Assembly: GCA_053919585.1 (NCBI GenBank)
Contig: CM132823.1
DNA from: Euprymna scolopes
Lineage: Eukaryota
Direction: 5' to 3' (one strand)
Length of the DNA: 64,000 nucleotides
The notes beneath the pieces are model-generated. The model worked only from the letters and a program-made list of their open reading frames with translations. It had not been told where the DNA came from and did not search any database. The position numbers and the translations under genes were made by a program. Numbering within the stretch: position 1 is the first letter of the stretch; the number at the start of each line of letters is the position of its first letter. This document shows positions 29,403-40,157 of the stretch, one piece after another.

Positions 29403-32400
29403 TTTTTTTTTTTTCATAGGTACCACCACATTATCAAGGCCAATAGGCCACTCAAGGATAAGGGTTAAAGAGTGTACAGTAGAAATTGGACAATATAATA
29501 ATCATTAGTAATGAAAATTTGTTAAATTTGATAACTTATATGGAACGGCTCATCAAGAACTTATTTACGTTAGACTTGAAGACAACCATATTGTAGTCAG
29601 CCGGAAAGCAGGAAAACGGAAGACAATTCCACAGGCGTGCAGTTCTAATAAAAAAGCTTTGTTCATGGAATCTACGTTTAGGTTTAGGCACAGATAAAGA
29701 GTGGGGGGAATTATTGATAGTGTTTACAGCTAGACGAGTGTTTCTTGTGAAAGTTTTGCGAGGAGGGACCATAGATTGAAGCTCAGTCGAACACTTTCTA
29801 TGAAAATAACGATACATCAGAGACAAACTCGCAACATCTCTTCTGTGAGATAGAGGTTGCAAGGAAGAGAAAAGGACATCTCCTACGAGGCTACGAAGTC
29901 TATTTTGAACTCTATCAAGGCAGGACAAGTCCTTTCTAGCAGCTCCTGCCCAGATGTGGCAACAGTATTCCATCCTTGGACGTACCTGGCTCTTATACAA
30001 ATAGAGAATTGCATCAGCAGTGAGATATCTACTGGATCGATAGAAAGATCCCACCATTTTTCCAGCGGCCTTGGCAACAGATTTGATATACGTGTTCCAT
30101 TTAAGATCAGGAGTAATGGTCAAGCCCAGAAGCTTGTCAAAACTTGAGGCCTCCTGAAGACGAGAGCCATTCATTTCAATTGATGCCAAATGGGGATCAG
30201 AATGTTGATGATGTAAAGAGAGAAGCTTGGTTTTAGATGCATTAAAAGTAACCAGCCACTCCTTTCCCCATTGTACTACATGCTCAAGATCAGAGGAGAG
30301 AGAATTGGAGAGAACTTGGTCGTTTACTGTCTTAGATGTTCTACCATAAATGGTAGTGTTGTCAGCATAAATGTCTACAAATGATGTAAGGATATGATTT
30401 GGAAGATCATTAATGTAGATCAGGAAAAGAGTTGGGCCCAGGATGGATCCCTGAGGGACACCGGCATTAATACTGTGGGCTTCTGATTTTTGCCCCTCAA
30501 CTACTACTCTTATGAACCTATCAGAAAGAAATGATTTAATAATTGAGAAGACATTTCCAGCTATACCATAGCTAGAGATCTTATGAAGTAAACCTTTATG
30601 CCATACGCTATCAAAGGCCTTAGATATGTCAAGAGCAATTGCCCTAGAAAGGTTGCCTCCGTCGAGAGATTTGCTAATCCTATGAGATATAACTGTAAGT
30701 ACATCTGCTGTAGATCTAGCAGAACGGAAACCATATTGAGTGTCACTAAGAAGGTTATTTTTGTTGAGATGGTTGATTACTTCTGTATTTAACACAGATT
30801 CCAGCAACTTACTCATGACGCACAGGAGACTTATTGGCCTGTACTGAGAGGGAGATGAGCGATCACCTGAATTCTTAAATACAGGGCATACTGATGAAAT
30901 TTTCCAGGGAGATGGGAAGCAATTCTCCTTAAGACAACGTTTAAATAGTTTTGTAAGTATGGGCGCTAGTTCAGGTTGAAGTTTTTTGAGTACTATAATT
31001 GGAATACCGTCCGGGCCAGTTGCTTTACTGGAATCAAGGTTTTTGATTAGCTTGGCAACATCACGTACAGATATACGTAGATCACATAGTGTGTTTTCAG
31101 ATACAGGAGGAAATATTGGGGGTTGGCGGCCTTGATCGAAAAAGGTAGAATTAGCTGCAAAGTTCTTGACAAAGAGTTTGGCTTTTTCTGATGCTGACAA
31201 GATTACCTCAGGTCCATTGATGATAGTTGGGATGGAGCACACGCTTCTGTTCAGAATTCTGTTTGCTATTTGCCAAAACTGGTGGGAACCAAGCCGCTGC
31301 TCAGCTACTTTGGACTTAACAGATTGAGCATACAACCACCTTGCGCTCTTTATTACTTTCTTACAATGGTTGCTGGCAGTCCTGAAAGCGGCTTTAGTTT
31401 CCATACATCTATTACGTTGGAAACAGTGGAAAAAGTGATTTCTGTGCGCAATGGCAGCAGCACATTCTGGTGAGAACCATGGCTGGCTGTTAGGTTTTTG
31501 CTGAAACATTTTCGAGGGTATGAAACGATCAATACCTACAATTAACCATTCCGTCAGGTCTAATACTATAGAGGACACATCCTTTTTAAATATAGAATGC
31601 AGAGGTAGATCAGTTATAAATGTACGGAAGCTATTCCAGTCAGCCTTAGTGTATCGATATACTGTACGATGGAGAGGTACGTCTGGGGACTTATTACATT
31701 TCATTTTTATCTTAATTGATACAACAGAGTGGTCGGAAGATCCAAGAGGCGACAGAACAGAAACTGAACATAGTTCAGGGCAAGTTGTGAGAAAAAGGTC
31801 TAGTAGGCTCGCATACTGGCCGTCATTGTCGGGCACACGGGTGGGTTCCTGAACAATCTGAGTGAGGTCATAGGCAATGGAGAAATCATGACAGAACCTC
31901 CCCTCATCATCGGTCTTGTTTGAGTGGGTCAACCATTCGACGTTGTGAACATTGAAGTCTCCACATACGTGAATGTTAGCTGAAGGATAAGCAGATAGGA
32001 CTTGGTCAATTTTCTCAGATATGCTTTTAAAGATAGTAACTCCGCTGTTGTGGGGGCGATAGAGAGTAAATAAAAATGCCGTAGTGTGAGCTAAAGCAAC
32101 CCGGAAGCACATATAGGGTAAGTTAGGATCTTCCCTGGAGACGTCCCTACCACATGGAAAGCCATCTTTAATATAGGCACATATTCCATGCCCATGGCGA
32201 TCTTGGGGGTCAGATTTAGAAGTCAAGTTAGAGTATCCTTTAATTGCAAACTCTTCTAGGGAAATAGCCTGTCCAATGCCAGTTTCACTTAAAAATAAAA
32301 GGTCTGGTTTAGTCTCCTGTAATTGGGTTTCAACCTCTGGAAGGTTAGAACGTAGACCCCTGATGTTGGAGAAGGAGACATGGTAGTAGTGGTCTACGTT

Positions 32401-33170
32401 GGAAGTTGTAGAACCGGGTTTAATCGTGTATTTTTTCTTGAAACTTGTCATGATGAAATTTTGAAATTTGTGGACTAGGTTGTCAGATTTACTTAGAGCA
32501 GGACAGAGAGGGGAAATTAAGAGAGAAAAAGAAACGAAGATTTTTTTTTTTTTTGTAGCTAATGATAAGGTAAAGCCGTAACAATTACCCACTAGTATGG
32601 CATCGAGAGGCCCCACCAGAAGCTACTGCATGGTCCAGAATCCATTTACCAAATGGCAATACAGCAGCCCCAGTACTTTGCACCTGCTGATAGGACAGCC
32701 TCCTTAGTGGTTAATCCAAGGTTCGGGTCCCTGACTATCAGGCGGATAACGTCAGCCCAGACAAAACGTTTACCTCCAGCACCCTTACTAGTGACATGGC
32801 TACAAGGATAGACATAGAAACAGAAAATTTCCGCCATCTAAGCCAACTGTTCGCAAAAATACTGCCAACCTAGAAAACAGCTTTTTCTTCTCCTTTTGTC
32901 CGAAAAATCACTCATTAAAAAATGAGGACTGAGGGACAAATAAGAAGAAGCGAGAGTAACAGGAGTTGCCGATAACGCATCCACAATGCGTTTTCTACTC
33001 TCCATTAAAAAAAAAAAAAAACTATTAAGTATTGTACTTAAAAGTCCAACAGACGTGTTTAAGGGAAAGTATGGTGATAGATTCCCCTTACACGAACTAA
33101 AAATGAGTACAATTCGTAATCTATTTTTGCAATCAACTCGGTAGATAAATAAACATATATGTACGAGGAA
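29403..33170 (-). mobile_element. Near full-length single-ORF LINE (CR1/Jockey group)
   Basis: Poly(A) tail (T run 29403-29414), short 3' UTR, long ORF and GC-richer 5' UTR. The 5' boundary is approximate and no TSD was identified. Confidence 0.9.
29536..32451 (-). CDS. LINE ORF2: APE endonuclease + reverse transcriptase (~971 aa from the ATG at 32451; frame open to 32616)
   Basis: APE motifs SNIRG, LSET, GDFNVH, LLDLF, SDH. RT motifs YRPISLL, QYGFR, LDISKAFD, GVPQGSILGP, YADN (expected YADD). C-terminal FFIRTARLWNCLP. Confidence 0.95.
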   Translation of the reverse strand: MTSFKKKYTIKPGSTTSNVDHYYHVSFSNIRGLRSNLPEVETQLQETKPDLLFLSETGIGQAISLEEFAIKGYSNLTSKSDPQDRHGHGICAYIKDGFPCGRDVSREDPNLPYMCFRVALAHTTAFLFTLYRPHNSGVTIFKSISEKIDQVLSAYPSANIHVCGDFNVHNVEWLTHSNKTDDEGRFCHDFSIAYDLTQIVQEPTRVPDNDGQYASLLDLFLTTCPELCSVSVLSPLGSSDHSVVSIKIKMKCNKSPDVPLHRTVYRYTKADWNSFRTFITDLPLHSIFKKDVSSIVLDLTEWLIVGIDRFIPSKMFQQKPNSQPWFSPECAAAIAHRNHFFHCFQRNRCMETKAAFRTASNHCKKVIKSARWLYAQSVKSKVAEQRLGSHQFWQIANRILNRSVCSIPTIINGPEVILSASEKAKLFVKNFAANSTFFDQGRQPPIFPPVSENTLCDLRISVRDVAKLIKNLDSSKATGPDGIPIIVLKKLQPELAPILTKLFKRCLKENCFPSPWKISSVCPVFKNSGDRSSPSQYRPISLLCVMSKLLESVLNTEVINHLNKNNLLSDTQYGFRSARSTADVLTVISHRISKSLDGGNLSRAIALDISKAFDSVWHKGLLHKISSYGIAGNVFSIIKSFLSDRFIRVVVEGQKSEAHSINAGVPQGSILGPTLFLIYINDLPNHILTSFVDIYADNTTIYGRTSKTVNDQVLSNSLSSDLEHVVQWGKEWLVTFNASKTKLLSLHHQHSDPHLASIEMNGSRLQEASSFDKLLGLTITPDLKWNTYIKSVAKAAGKMVGSFYRSSRYLTADAILYLYKSQVRPRMEYCCHIWAGAARKDLSCLDRVQNRLRSLVGDVLFSSLQPLSHRRDVASLSLMYRYFHRKCSTELQSMVPPRKTFTRNTRLAVNTINNSPHSLSVPKPKRRFHEQSFFIRTARLWNCLPFSCFPADYNMVVFKSNVNKFLMSRSI

Positions 33171-33180
33171 AAAAAAAAAA

Positions 33181-33749
33181 AGTAAGTTGGTGCCGTTATA
33201 AGTAATTTCGAGATAAGATGGAAGCCGGTATTGGACTAGAAAAAAAAAAGCTAGCATTTAATAAAACAGAAATACACAAATTAAATACTGAAATAAAATG
33301 GAGTTGTTAATATTTTAAATCTAAAATAAAAAGCATGATTGAAATCACTTATCTCAACAAAAACAATTCCGTCTCCAAATTGCAAACTGTATTGAAAGAA
33401 GTTGAGTTAGTAGCGTTCAAAACATTTTTTTTTAAATTAACCGTTAAAAGAAAATCGTGATTTTATTCTGAACTTAAGCTAGTAACGTTTTAAGAAGCTT
33501 ACGATATAAAAGAAAAGGCGGATGGGGGGGGGTCTTCCGAAAGTAAGTTGGTGCCGTTATAAGTAATTTCGAGATAAGATGGAAGCCGGTATTGGACTAG
33601 AAAAAAAAGCTAGCATTTAATAAAACAGAAATACACAAATTAAATACTGAAATAAAATGGAGTTGTTAATATTTTAAATCTAAAATAAAAAGCATGATTG
33701 AAATCACTTATCTCAACAAAAACAATTCCGTCTCCAAATTGCAAACTGT
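33181..33749. repeat. ~210-bp direct repeat (33181-33390 and 33542-33749) with ~150-bp spacer
   Basis: Copies appear identical apart from A-run length. Confidence 0.95.
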
Positions 33750-35177
33750 GGTTGTGTTCCCTCGATTGTAATAAGAAAAAAAAACGTGGGGCAACTTCAA
33801 AGATTGTTGGTCACGTGTCTGTTTCCACCATCTAGCATAGCCATTGTTTGTTTTATAAGTGGAAGCAATGATCTGACACATACCACAACACCATAATTTT
33901 GTAACATCAGACACAATGTACCGTTATTCTCGTCTCTTTTTTTTCATGGATGACGTCATCCTTTTACGATATTCCTTTATGATGTAATCTAGTGTGCTCA
34001 GACATAAACACGCAAATCCATAGGGATCTAGAATTCATCTAGATGTGTTCCTCGTTTCTTATTTCATAATTTTGTGATGTCATCTATTGTCTTAGCTTCA
34101 TCTGTTTTAATGGATGATATCATCATTTGAGTGGCGTCATGTTCGCCGTTGTTGTAAATGGGGCTGAACTGCTATGTCATCAAAATAAGAAACTTGCCAT
34201 ATTCTTTCAAGGAAACACGTAAAAGTATGTCAAGAGTATTTCGAGCTTGAAGTTTAGATTCTACTCTTCCGATTCTATCGCTTTGATTCACCTTAACCTT
34301 TGGAATGATTACATAGATTTCAAAGAGACACTTCCATTCTTCTCTAGCGACCGCTCCCTGATGATAATTGAGAACTAATATTTCCGTTTTCCATTCGCTT
34401 TTGCCTGTCATGACTTGACCTTTAGCTCGGTTATAAAATGTCCAAACCAAATGTTTATAATGTTTGCATCTATTCATGGATTTTCATTCCAATCTCAGGG
34501 AATGAAAATGTACCTGACTCACGCGATCAACCAATCAGATGACACCTAAAAGGAAATCGGTAATGCAAGAAATATAACGGTCTAATATGGAAAGCTATCA
34601 TGTTAGCCTCCAAAGGTCTGGGAACCTCATAGCTAGAAATGATAATAACTGATATAGTATATTCAATCAGTCAACGCTAACTCTATGAAAGACTATTCCA
34701 ATACCACTGACACTCTACAAGTGGACACACATTACCTTCCTTTCTAACCACCCTAAATGCATCTTATTTTGTAAAGTAAGTGTGACGAACAGATGAATGA
34801 AATGGATTTGATTGAGGCTAATCCTCAGTATAGGTACATTTAACTGATGAGGAACCACTGTCCTTGTTTGCAACTTAGCTTTTTTTCTGTAGAAAATAGA
34901 CAACTAAACTTTTCAACTAGAGAGAATTTAAATTTTGATTCCATGGAAATACTGTTCCCTGTTTCTAGGAGCCCTTGTGTTCTCGTACAGGAATGACCAA
35001 CTGAATCTCTAAGTAAAATCACTTCTCTCCTGACCAAATTAAAACATTCGACTTCAGCTCACATTCTGCAGTCTATTTGAGCGCATCAAACGCCACTTCA
35101 CTATTGAAAAAAAAAATGGAAGAGAGACTGTTTTACTAAAGTTATGTTAATTCTGGATAGGAGGGACATTGTCACTA

Positions 35178-35588
35178 TTTTTGGTAGTCGACAGAGAATG
35201 CTAACCTTTTTGGTAGTGGATAAAGAATGCTAACTTTTTTGGTAGTGGACAGAGAATGCAAACTTTTTTGGTAGTGGACAGAGAATGCTAACTTTTTTGG
35301 TAGTGGACAAAGAATGCTAACTTTTTTGGTAGTCGACAGAGAATGCTAACTTTTTTGGTAGTGGACAAAGAATGCTAACTTTTTTGGTAGTCGACAGAGA
35401 ATGCTAACTTTTTTGGTAGTGGACAAAGAATGCTATCTTTTTTGGTAGTGGACAGAGAATGCAAACTTTTTTGGTAGTGGACAGAGAATGCTAACTTTTT
35501 TGGTAGTGGACAAAGAATGCTAACTTTTTTGGTAGTCGACAGAGAATGCTAACTTTTTTGGTAGTGGACAAAGAATGCTAACTTTTTT
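35178..35588. repeat. 29-bp minisatellite, ~14 copies (ttttttggtagtggacaaagaatgctaac)
   Basis: Period 29 (ggtag at 35183, 35212, ...), with partly alternating gtcgacaga/gtggacaaa variants. Confidence 0.97.
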
Positions 35589-35769
35589 ATAACGAAAGTG
35601 TCTACAGTACATCTTTTTGGGGGTGGAAATCCGGACTTGGTGCTGAGGTGAAAATCTTCTCAAACGATATATTTGAATTTAGGTGGATGCTGTTTTACAC
35701 AAGAAACGTATCGCCACACATACTCTGCTGTTCAAGTAAGGGATAAATATCCAAAAACTAGCAGACATA

Positions 35770-35950
35770 ATGCATTCAGTGCTGCCTTGGACTGTTTGGT
35801 CAACTGGAAGCTAACCATGGCTTCTTGCAATCTGTTCCATAGTCCAGTTGCCCGAACTGAAAAAGATGACTTCCGACGATTTTGTCCAAAGTATTTCAGG
35901 TGCAATTCTTAGTTTCTACAAAGCCATGTAAAGCTGGTGTGGAGAAGTCG
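35770..35950 (-). mobile_element. CR1-type LINE 3' coding fragment
   Basis: Minus-strand translation RRKSSFSVRATGLWNRLQEAMVS...KAALN matches the CR1 C-terminal FS.R....WN.LP pattern. Confidence 0.7.
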
Positions 35951-36081
35951 CAAGCACATTATAGTTGCTATTTACAATGCCTCCCAACGGGACAAAGTTA
36001 GACACCAATGCTTAATGTAAAAGTAAACATAATTTTTACATGCTTCAGCCTCCTATGCTTCAGCAAACCAATCATTGTTTA

Positions 36082-37750
36082 CAGGACTTTTTATGGAGTC
36101 TATGCAACATTCTCCGCTTTAACACGTTCAGTCCGGTTCTCGAGAACTCAATTCGACTCAACTCGCTTCCGGCCTCTTCACTGCTGGCCTTATATTGTCT
36201 CATTCATGCAAATTAAGACGCGATCGAACCTAATGATTTGTCGCCTTTCTGTGTCCCGTTGGTCGAATTTAGAGTTCGCACAAGCCACCCTTAGCAGTCC
36301 GCCTCTATGACTGCAATCACACCAAAATTTTCCCTACACTTCTCCCTGATCTCATGATCACAAACTGGGTAGTGAAGTAGTATCTGTCTTTGTCGGATAC
36401 TCCTTAGCAAAAGTGGGGCTACTCGGCTAGACACAGCTAGTCCTCCATACTCGGCTAGACACAGCTAGCCCTCCATACTCGGCTAGACACAGCTAGCCCA
36501 CGGCCAGACAGACACACTAGTTAATTTTTAAATTTCTCGTTTAAAAAACGACTTTACATACAAGTCGACTGAATCGCATTGTAAGTTTTTTTAACAGCTG
36601 CGACTTTAAAAAAATCCGACTCAAATTGTACTTTCATTAAAATGAATCTATCGTTTAAAAACGACACCTTTTCTCTTTTCAACGCCACAGGATTTCATTT
36701 TAGATTCCTCGATGAAAAACGACGACTTTAATGCACACAAGTCGTCCGAATCGCATTTTAAGTTCTGTTAACAGCGACGACTTTTCATAGACAATAAAAT
36801 CCGACTCCAATAGTACTTTCAAAAAATAACTTTTGTTTGAAAAAAACTTTTTCTTTTGAGCACAACAGGATTTCAGTTTAAATTCCGCATTGAAAAAATA
36901 ACTTTTAAATACATACAAGTCGTTCGAATCATATTTTAAGTTCTTTTAACAACGACCACTTTTTTTCAAACAATAAAATCCGACTCGAATTGTACTTTTA
37001 TAAAATAATTTTCGTTTAAAAACGACAAATTTTTCTTTTAACCACAACAGGATTTCATTTTAAATTCCTCGTTTAAAAACGACGACTTTAATGCACACAA
37101 GTCGTCCGAATCACATTTTAAGTTCTGTTAACAGCGACGACTTTTTTTCACCAAATATAAGCGAATTTCATTCCAAATTCCACGTTTACTAACGAGGACT
37201 TTTAATACATTCAAGTAGACCGAACCGCATTCCAACACGTTCATTTGACGACGATAGTTAAAGAAATCCAACGGATCTCACTGGGAATAACAAACAAACA
37301 AAAAGACAAAAAAGTCCGACTCACTTCATATCTTCAACCTTTGCAGTTTGACAGAACTCATTCAATTCTCTCTTTAACCACGCTTTTCAATTTTCAACGC
37401 GACTTAATTTTCCAGGTTCGACACGAATCATTTAAAATTTCCCATTTCATCTCAGCCGCATCGGTCTTATATTTAAAGCCAGAATAGCTTCTAACAGAAA
37501 AAAAAAACCCTGGACTGGATTCTTGGCAACATTTTCCGCTTTAACACGTTCAGTCTGGTTCTCGAGAACTCAACTCGCTTCCGACCTCTTCACTGCCGGC
37601 CGTATATTGTCTCATTCATGCAAATTAAGACGCAATCGAACCTGATGATTTGTCGCCTTTCTGTGTCACGTCGGTCGAGTTTAGAGTTCGCACATGCCAC
37701 CTTTAGCAGTCTGCCTCTATGACTGCAGTCACACCAAAATGTTCCCTACA
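36082..37750 (-). mobile_element. Non-coding LTR-like element: ~235-255 bp terminal direct repeats enclosing 29-bp and ~180-bp tandem arrays
   Basis: Repeats 36104-36338 and 37526-37750. On the minus strand both begin TGTAGGG, and a purine tract agggagaag precedes the 3' copy. Candidate TSD tgttta at 36076-36081 and 37751-37756. Internal 29-bp x3 (36420-36500) and ~180-bp x4 (36530-37240). No canonical TGG primer-binding site. Confidence 0.6.
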
Positions 37751-38022
37751 TGTTTATAAGGCAAATTTGATAAAGATGCAATGCCTCGAAATATTAAGCC
37801 TGGACTAAGAAAAAAATAATAAAAGAAAATTATTACATAAAACACCATATATCTTCTTTCTGTTGGTTTTGTTTTTTCCACTTTTTTCAGTTTTCCTGGT
37901 GTCCACACTTTCTTCTTGCATTGTTACAACCTTCTACAATATAAAAATCGTCTTATACAATACACATAATGCTTTCAACAAACTATATTTTCTTTACATT
38001 TAACTTCTTTTATACTTAATAG

Positions 38023-38211
38023 TAAGAGTCCACAACAATGCATCGATGGGCCAGCAAATCCGAGATGACATCTTTTCTTCATGCCATTCTTGTGAAGCCA
38101 ATAATCAAACGGAACCAATCTCTTCCAACACATTAAATGTTCAAACCTCACCGCATGATACATTCATCATGACACAGCAGAATGGATCCAATGATGCAAT
38201 TCCATACACAA
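38023..38211 (+). CDS. Candidate internal exon of the ETS gene (S/T/Q/N-rich linker)
   Basis: Strong polypyrimidine tract and tag acceptor. Open frame RVHNNASMGQQIRDD...NDAIPYT, donor A|gtaaac. Phase 1-1, compatible with exon 46066. No recognisable domain. Confidence 0.45.
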
Positions 38212-38885
38212 GTAAACATTTTGCAGCTTCAATCTTTCATTCTGTTTTCATCCCATTTTCATTCTACTCCTTCGTTTTTGTCGTGTTTCTCTTCCTCCTC
38301 TTTTTCCAAGTACCTTTTCTGCTTTTCTTTAGTAACTTTATCATAAAAACGAGACTTGTCATAGGTGCACCAGTCCATGCGAAGGTGAATGATGCCTTCT
38401 GGTGTGAGTAATGTTCTAGTAGTCAGCAGGAGTCACTTTCTTTGCAGCAACCTTAGCAATGTCCTCAATGGATTTTTTTCAATTTATGTTGCCTTCGAAT
38501 GTTAGGCTGAGGTGTTTGAAAGACAAACTCTCAGGTAGAGTGTTATTTGTCATGCCTATTAAGAAGAGGTTTGTAGTTGTGACAATCCATGAAGATCGCT
38601 TTCTAAGGATTTCTGCCTTAGATATGTGTACATTCGTTTACCCTCATGTTTATTATAGAATGCGGTGTTATAAGCAAATATACCCCTCTTAGGCCCAATT
38701 TTATAAGGTTATTTATGAATATCAAGAATGATAAATATTAAGAGTTCGACATCTGGGACACGCCTGCATTAATATTAGATTTCTTCAATACATTTCTACA
38801 TGTACACCGTATGCTAATTCACCCCAAAATAAAAAAGTGGGATTCTACTATTTTAGGTGATTACATATAAACGCCATGAAAAATG

Positions 38886-38886
<1 letters not shown>

Positions 38887-38948
<62 letters not shown>
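38887..38948. repeat. (TA)n microsatellite
   Basis: Directly visible. Confidence 0.98.
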
Positions 38949-38949
<1 letters not shown>

Positions 38950-39530
38950 TAGTTGGCTGCCCAGTGTTGTCCAGTCATAAAATAAGCTTATATATGATAT
39001 TTTAATTTATGAAGATTTCGTATATTTATCACAGAGCGATTCCTTTATTGATTATCATAGTGTGTCCCAGCATAGTCCAGTCGTAAAAAACGCTTAAATG
39101 TGATATTTTAATCCATGCAGATTTCGTATTTATTATTATAGAGTCAATTCTCTATTGCATATTATATTGTACCCAATATATAATAATGATTCTAAAAGTT
39201 AAATAAATTAATCGAAATCAAAACATTTAGCACCCAAGCTTTGGTTTTTACTGTTTGAGCTATCGACAGATGGATAAGAAACCCTTCAAAATTAAGCGAC
39301 TTAAACATATAATGTATATTTGCATATGCGTAAAAGTAACATTTTCAGTTCATTTACTCCTGCCAATTTTGCAAAGTTAGTAGATAGTTTTACCGGCTAA
39401 AAACTAAATATTATTTGTTCTGATAGACCAAATTTGCTATATATCAAGTTTCAAAATCTGTAGTCCAAACATTGAGAGAGGAGTTTGATAGAGATCGTGC
39501 TGTACACACAAGATAATTATATACATATAT
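38948..39530 (-). mobile_element. Non-autonomous Helitron-like element
   Basis: ACTAG terminus abutting (TA)n, followed by a degenerate GC-rich subterminal motif (cccagtgttgtccag). Internal ~105-bp duplication (38957-39050 vs 39063-39158). The other end also runs into (TA)n. Confidence 0.55.
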
Positions 39531-39600
39531 ATATATAAAATAAAATATGCATCAAGTGCGCTTGAAACCAATAAACAAATATTTTACTTGTTTGAAATTT

Positions 39601-39642
39601 ATCACAAATATATTTCAGAGGTATACTCCATCTTCAGTGTGT
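39601..39642 (-). ncRNA. Minimal type I hammerhead ribozyme motif (inverted copy)
   Basis: Minus strand reads acaca-CTGAAGA-tggagtatacctct-GAAA-tata-tt-tgtgat. Confidence 0.6.
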
Positions 39643-39941
39643 TGTTTTTTTTTTTCCTTTTCTTCTTCCTTGCCATGTAGTAAATTTGGAGAAAGAAGTC
39701 TGTATAGAGCCACGCGTTGCATCTGGCGGTTGTATTTTGAAATGTTTTTTTAACTGTGCGTAGGTAACGCGTGAATAACGTCAAGAATGAGAGTTCATAC
39801 AGAAACGTTGTCTTAATTTGAATACCTACGCACAGTTCAAACATTTCAAAATACAACCGTCAGATGCAACGTGCGGCTTTATACAGACTTCTTTCTCCAA
39901 ATTTACAACATGGCAAGGAAGAAGAAAAGGAAAACAAAAAC

Positions 39942-39984
39942 ATCACACTGAAGATGGAGTATACCTCTGAAATATATTTGTGAT
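39942..39984 (+). ncRNA. Minimal type I hammerhead ribozyme motif
   Basis: ATCACA-CTGAAGA-t-ggag-tatac-ctct-GAAA-tata-tt-TGTGAT. 6-bp stem I, both core boxes, palindromic ATATAT in place of stem III, AUU cleavage triplet. Confidence 0.65.
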
Positions 39985-40111
39985 AAATTTCAAAAAAGTA
40001 AAATATTTGTTTATTTTCCTAATATTACGTTGTGATTTGGTTTCATGCGCACTTGATGCGTATTTTATTTTATTCAAATTAAAACAACGTTTCTATTGAA
40101 CTTCCATTCTT

Positions 40112-40113
<2 letters not shown>

Positions 40114-40153
<40 letters not shown>
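40114..40153. repeat. (TA)n microsatellite
   Basis: Directly visible. Confidence 0.98.

Positions 40154-40157
<4 letters not shown>

Larger units (their letters stand above)
39536..40113. mobile_element. Penelope-like terminal repeat present as an inverted pair
   Basis: Arms 39536-39766 and 39822-40073 are reverse complements with a ~55-bp spacer. Each carries a hammerhead motif, and both outer ends run into (TA)n. Confidence 0.75.

Noticed and set aside
29857-31852. Short ORFs overlapping the LINE
   Set aside because: Antisense or alternate-frame shadows of ORF2.
34680-35030. Candidate ETS exons (donor gtaagt ~34774; acceptor ttttctgtag at 34890)
   Set aside because: In-frame stops occur before any good donor, and there is no recognisable domain.
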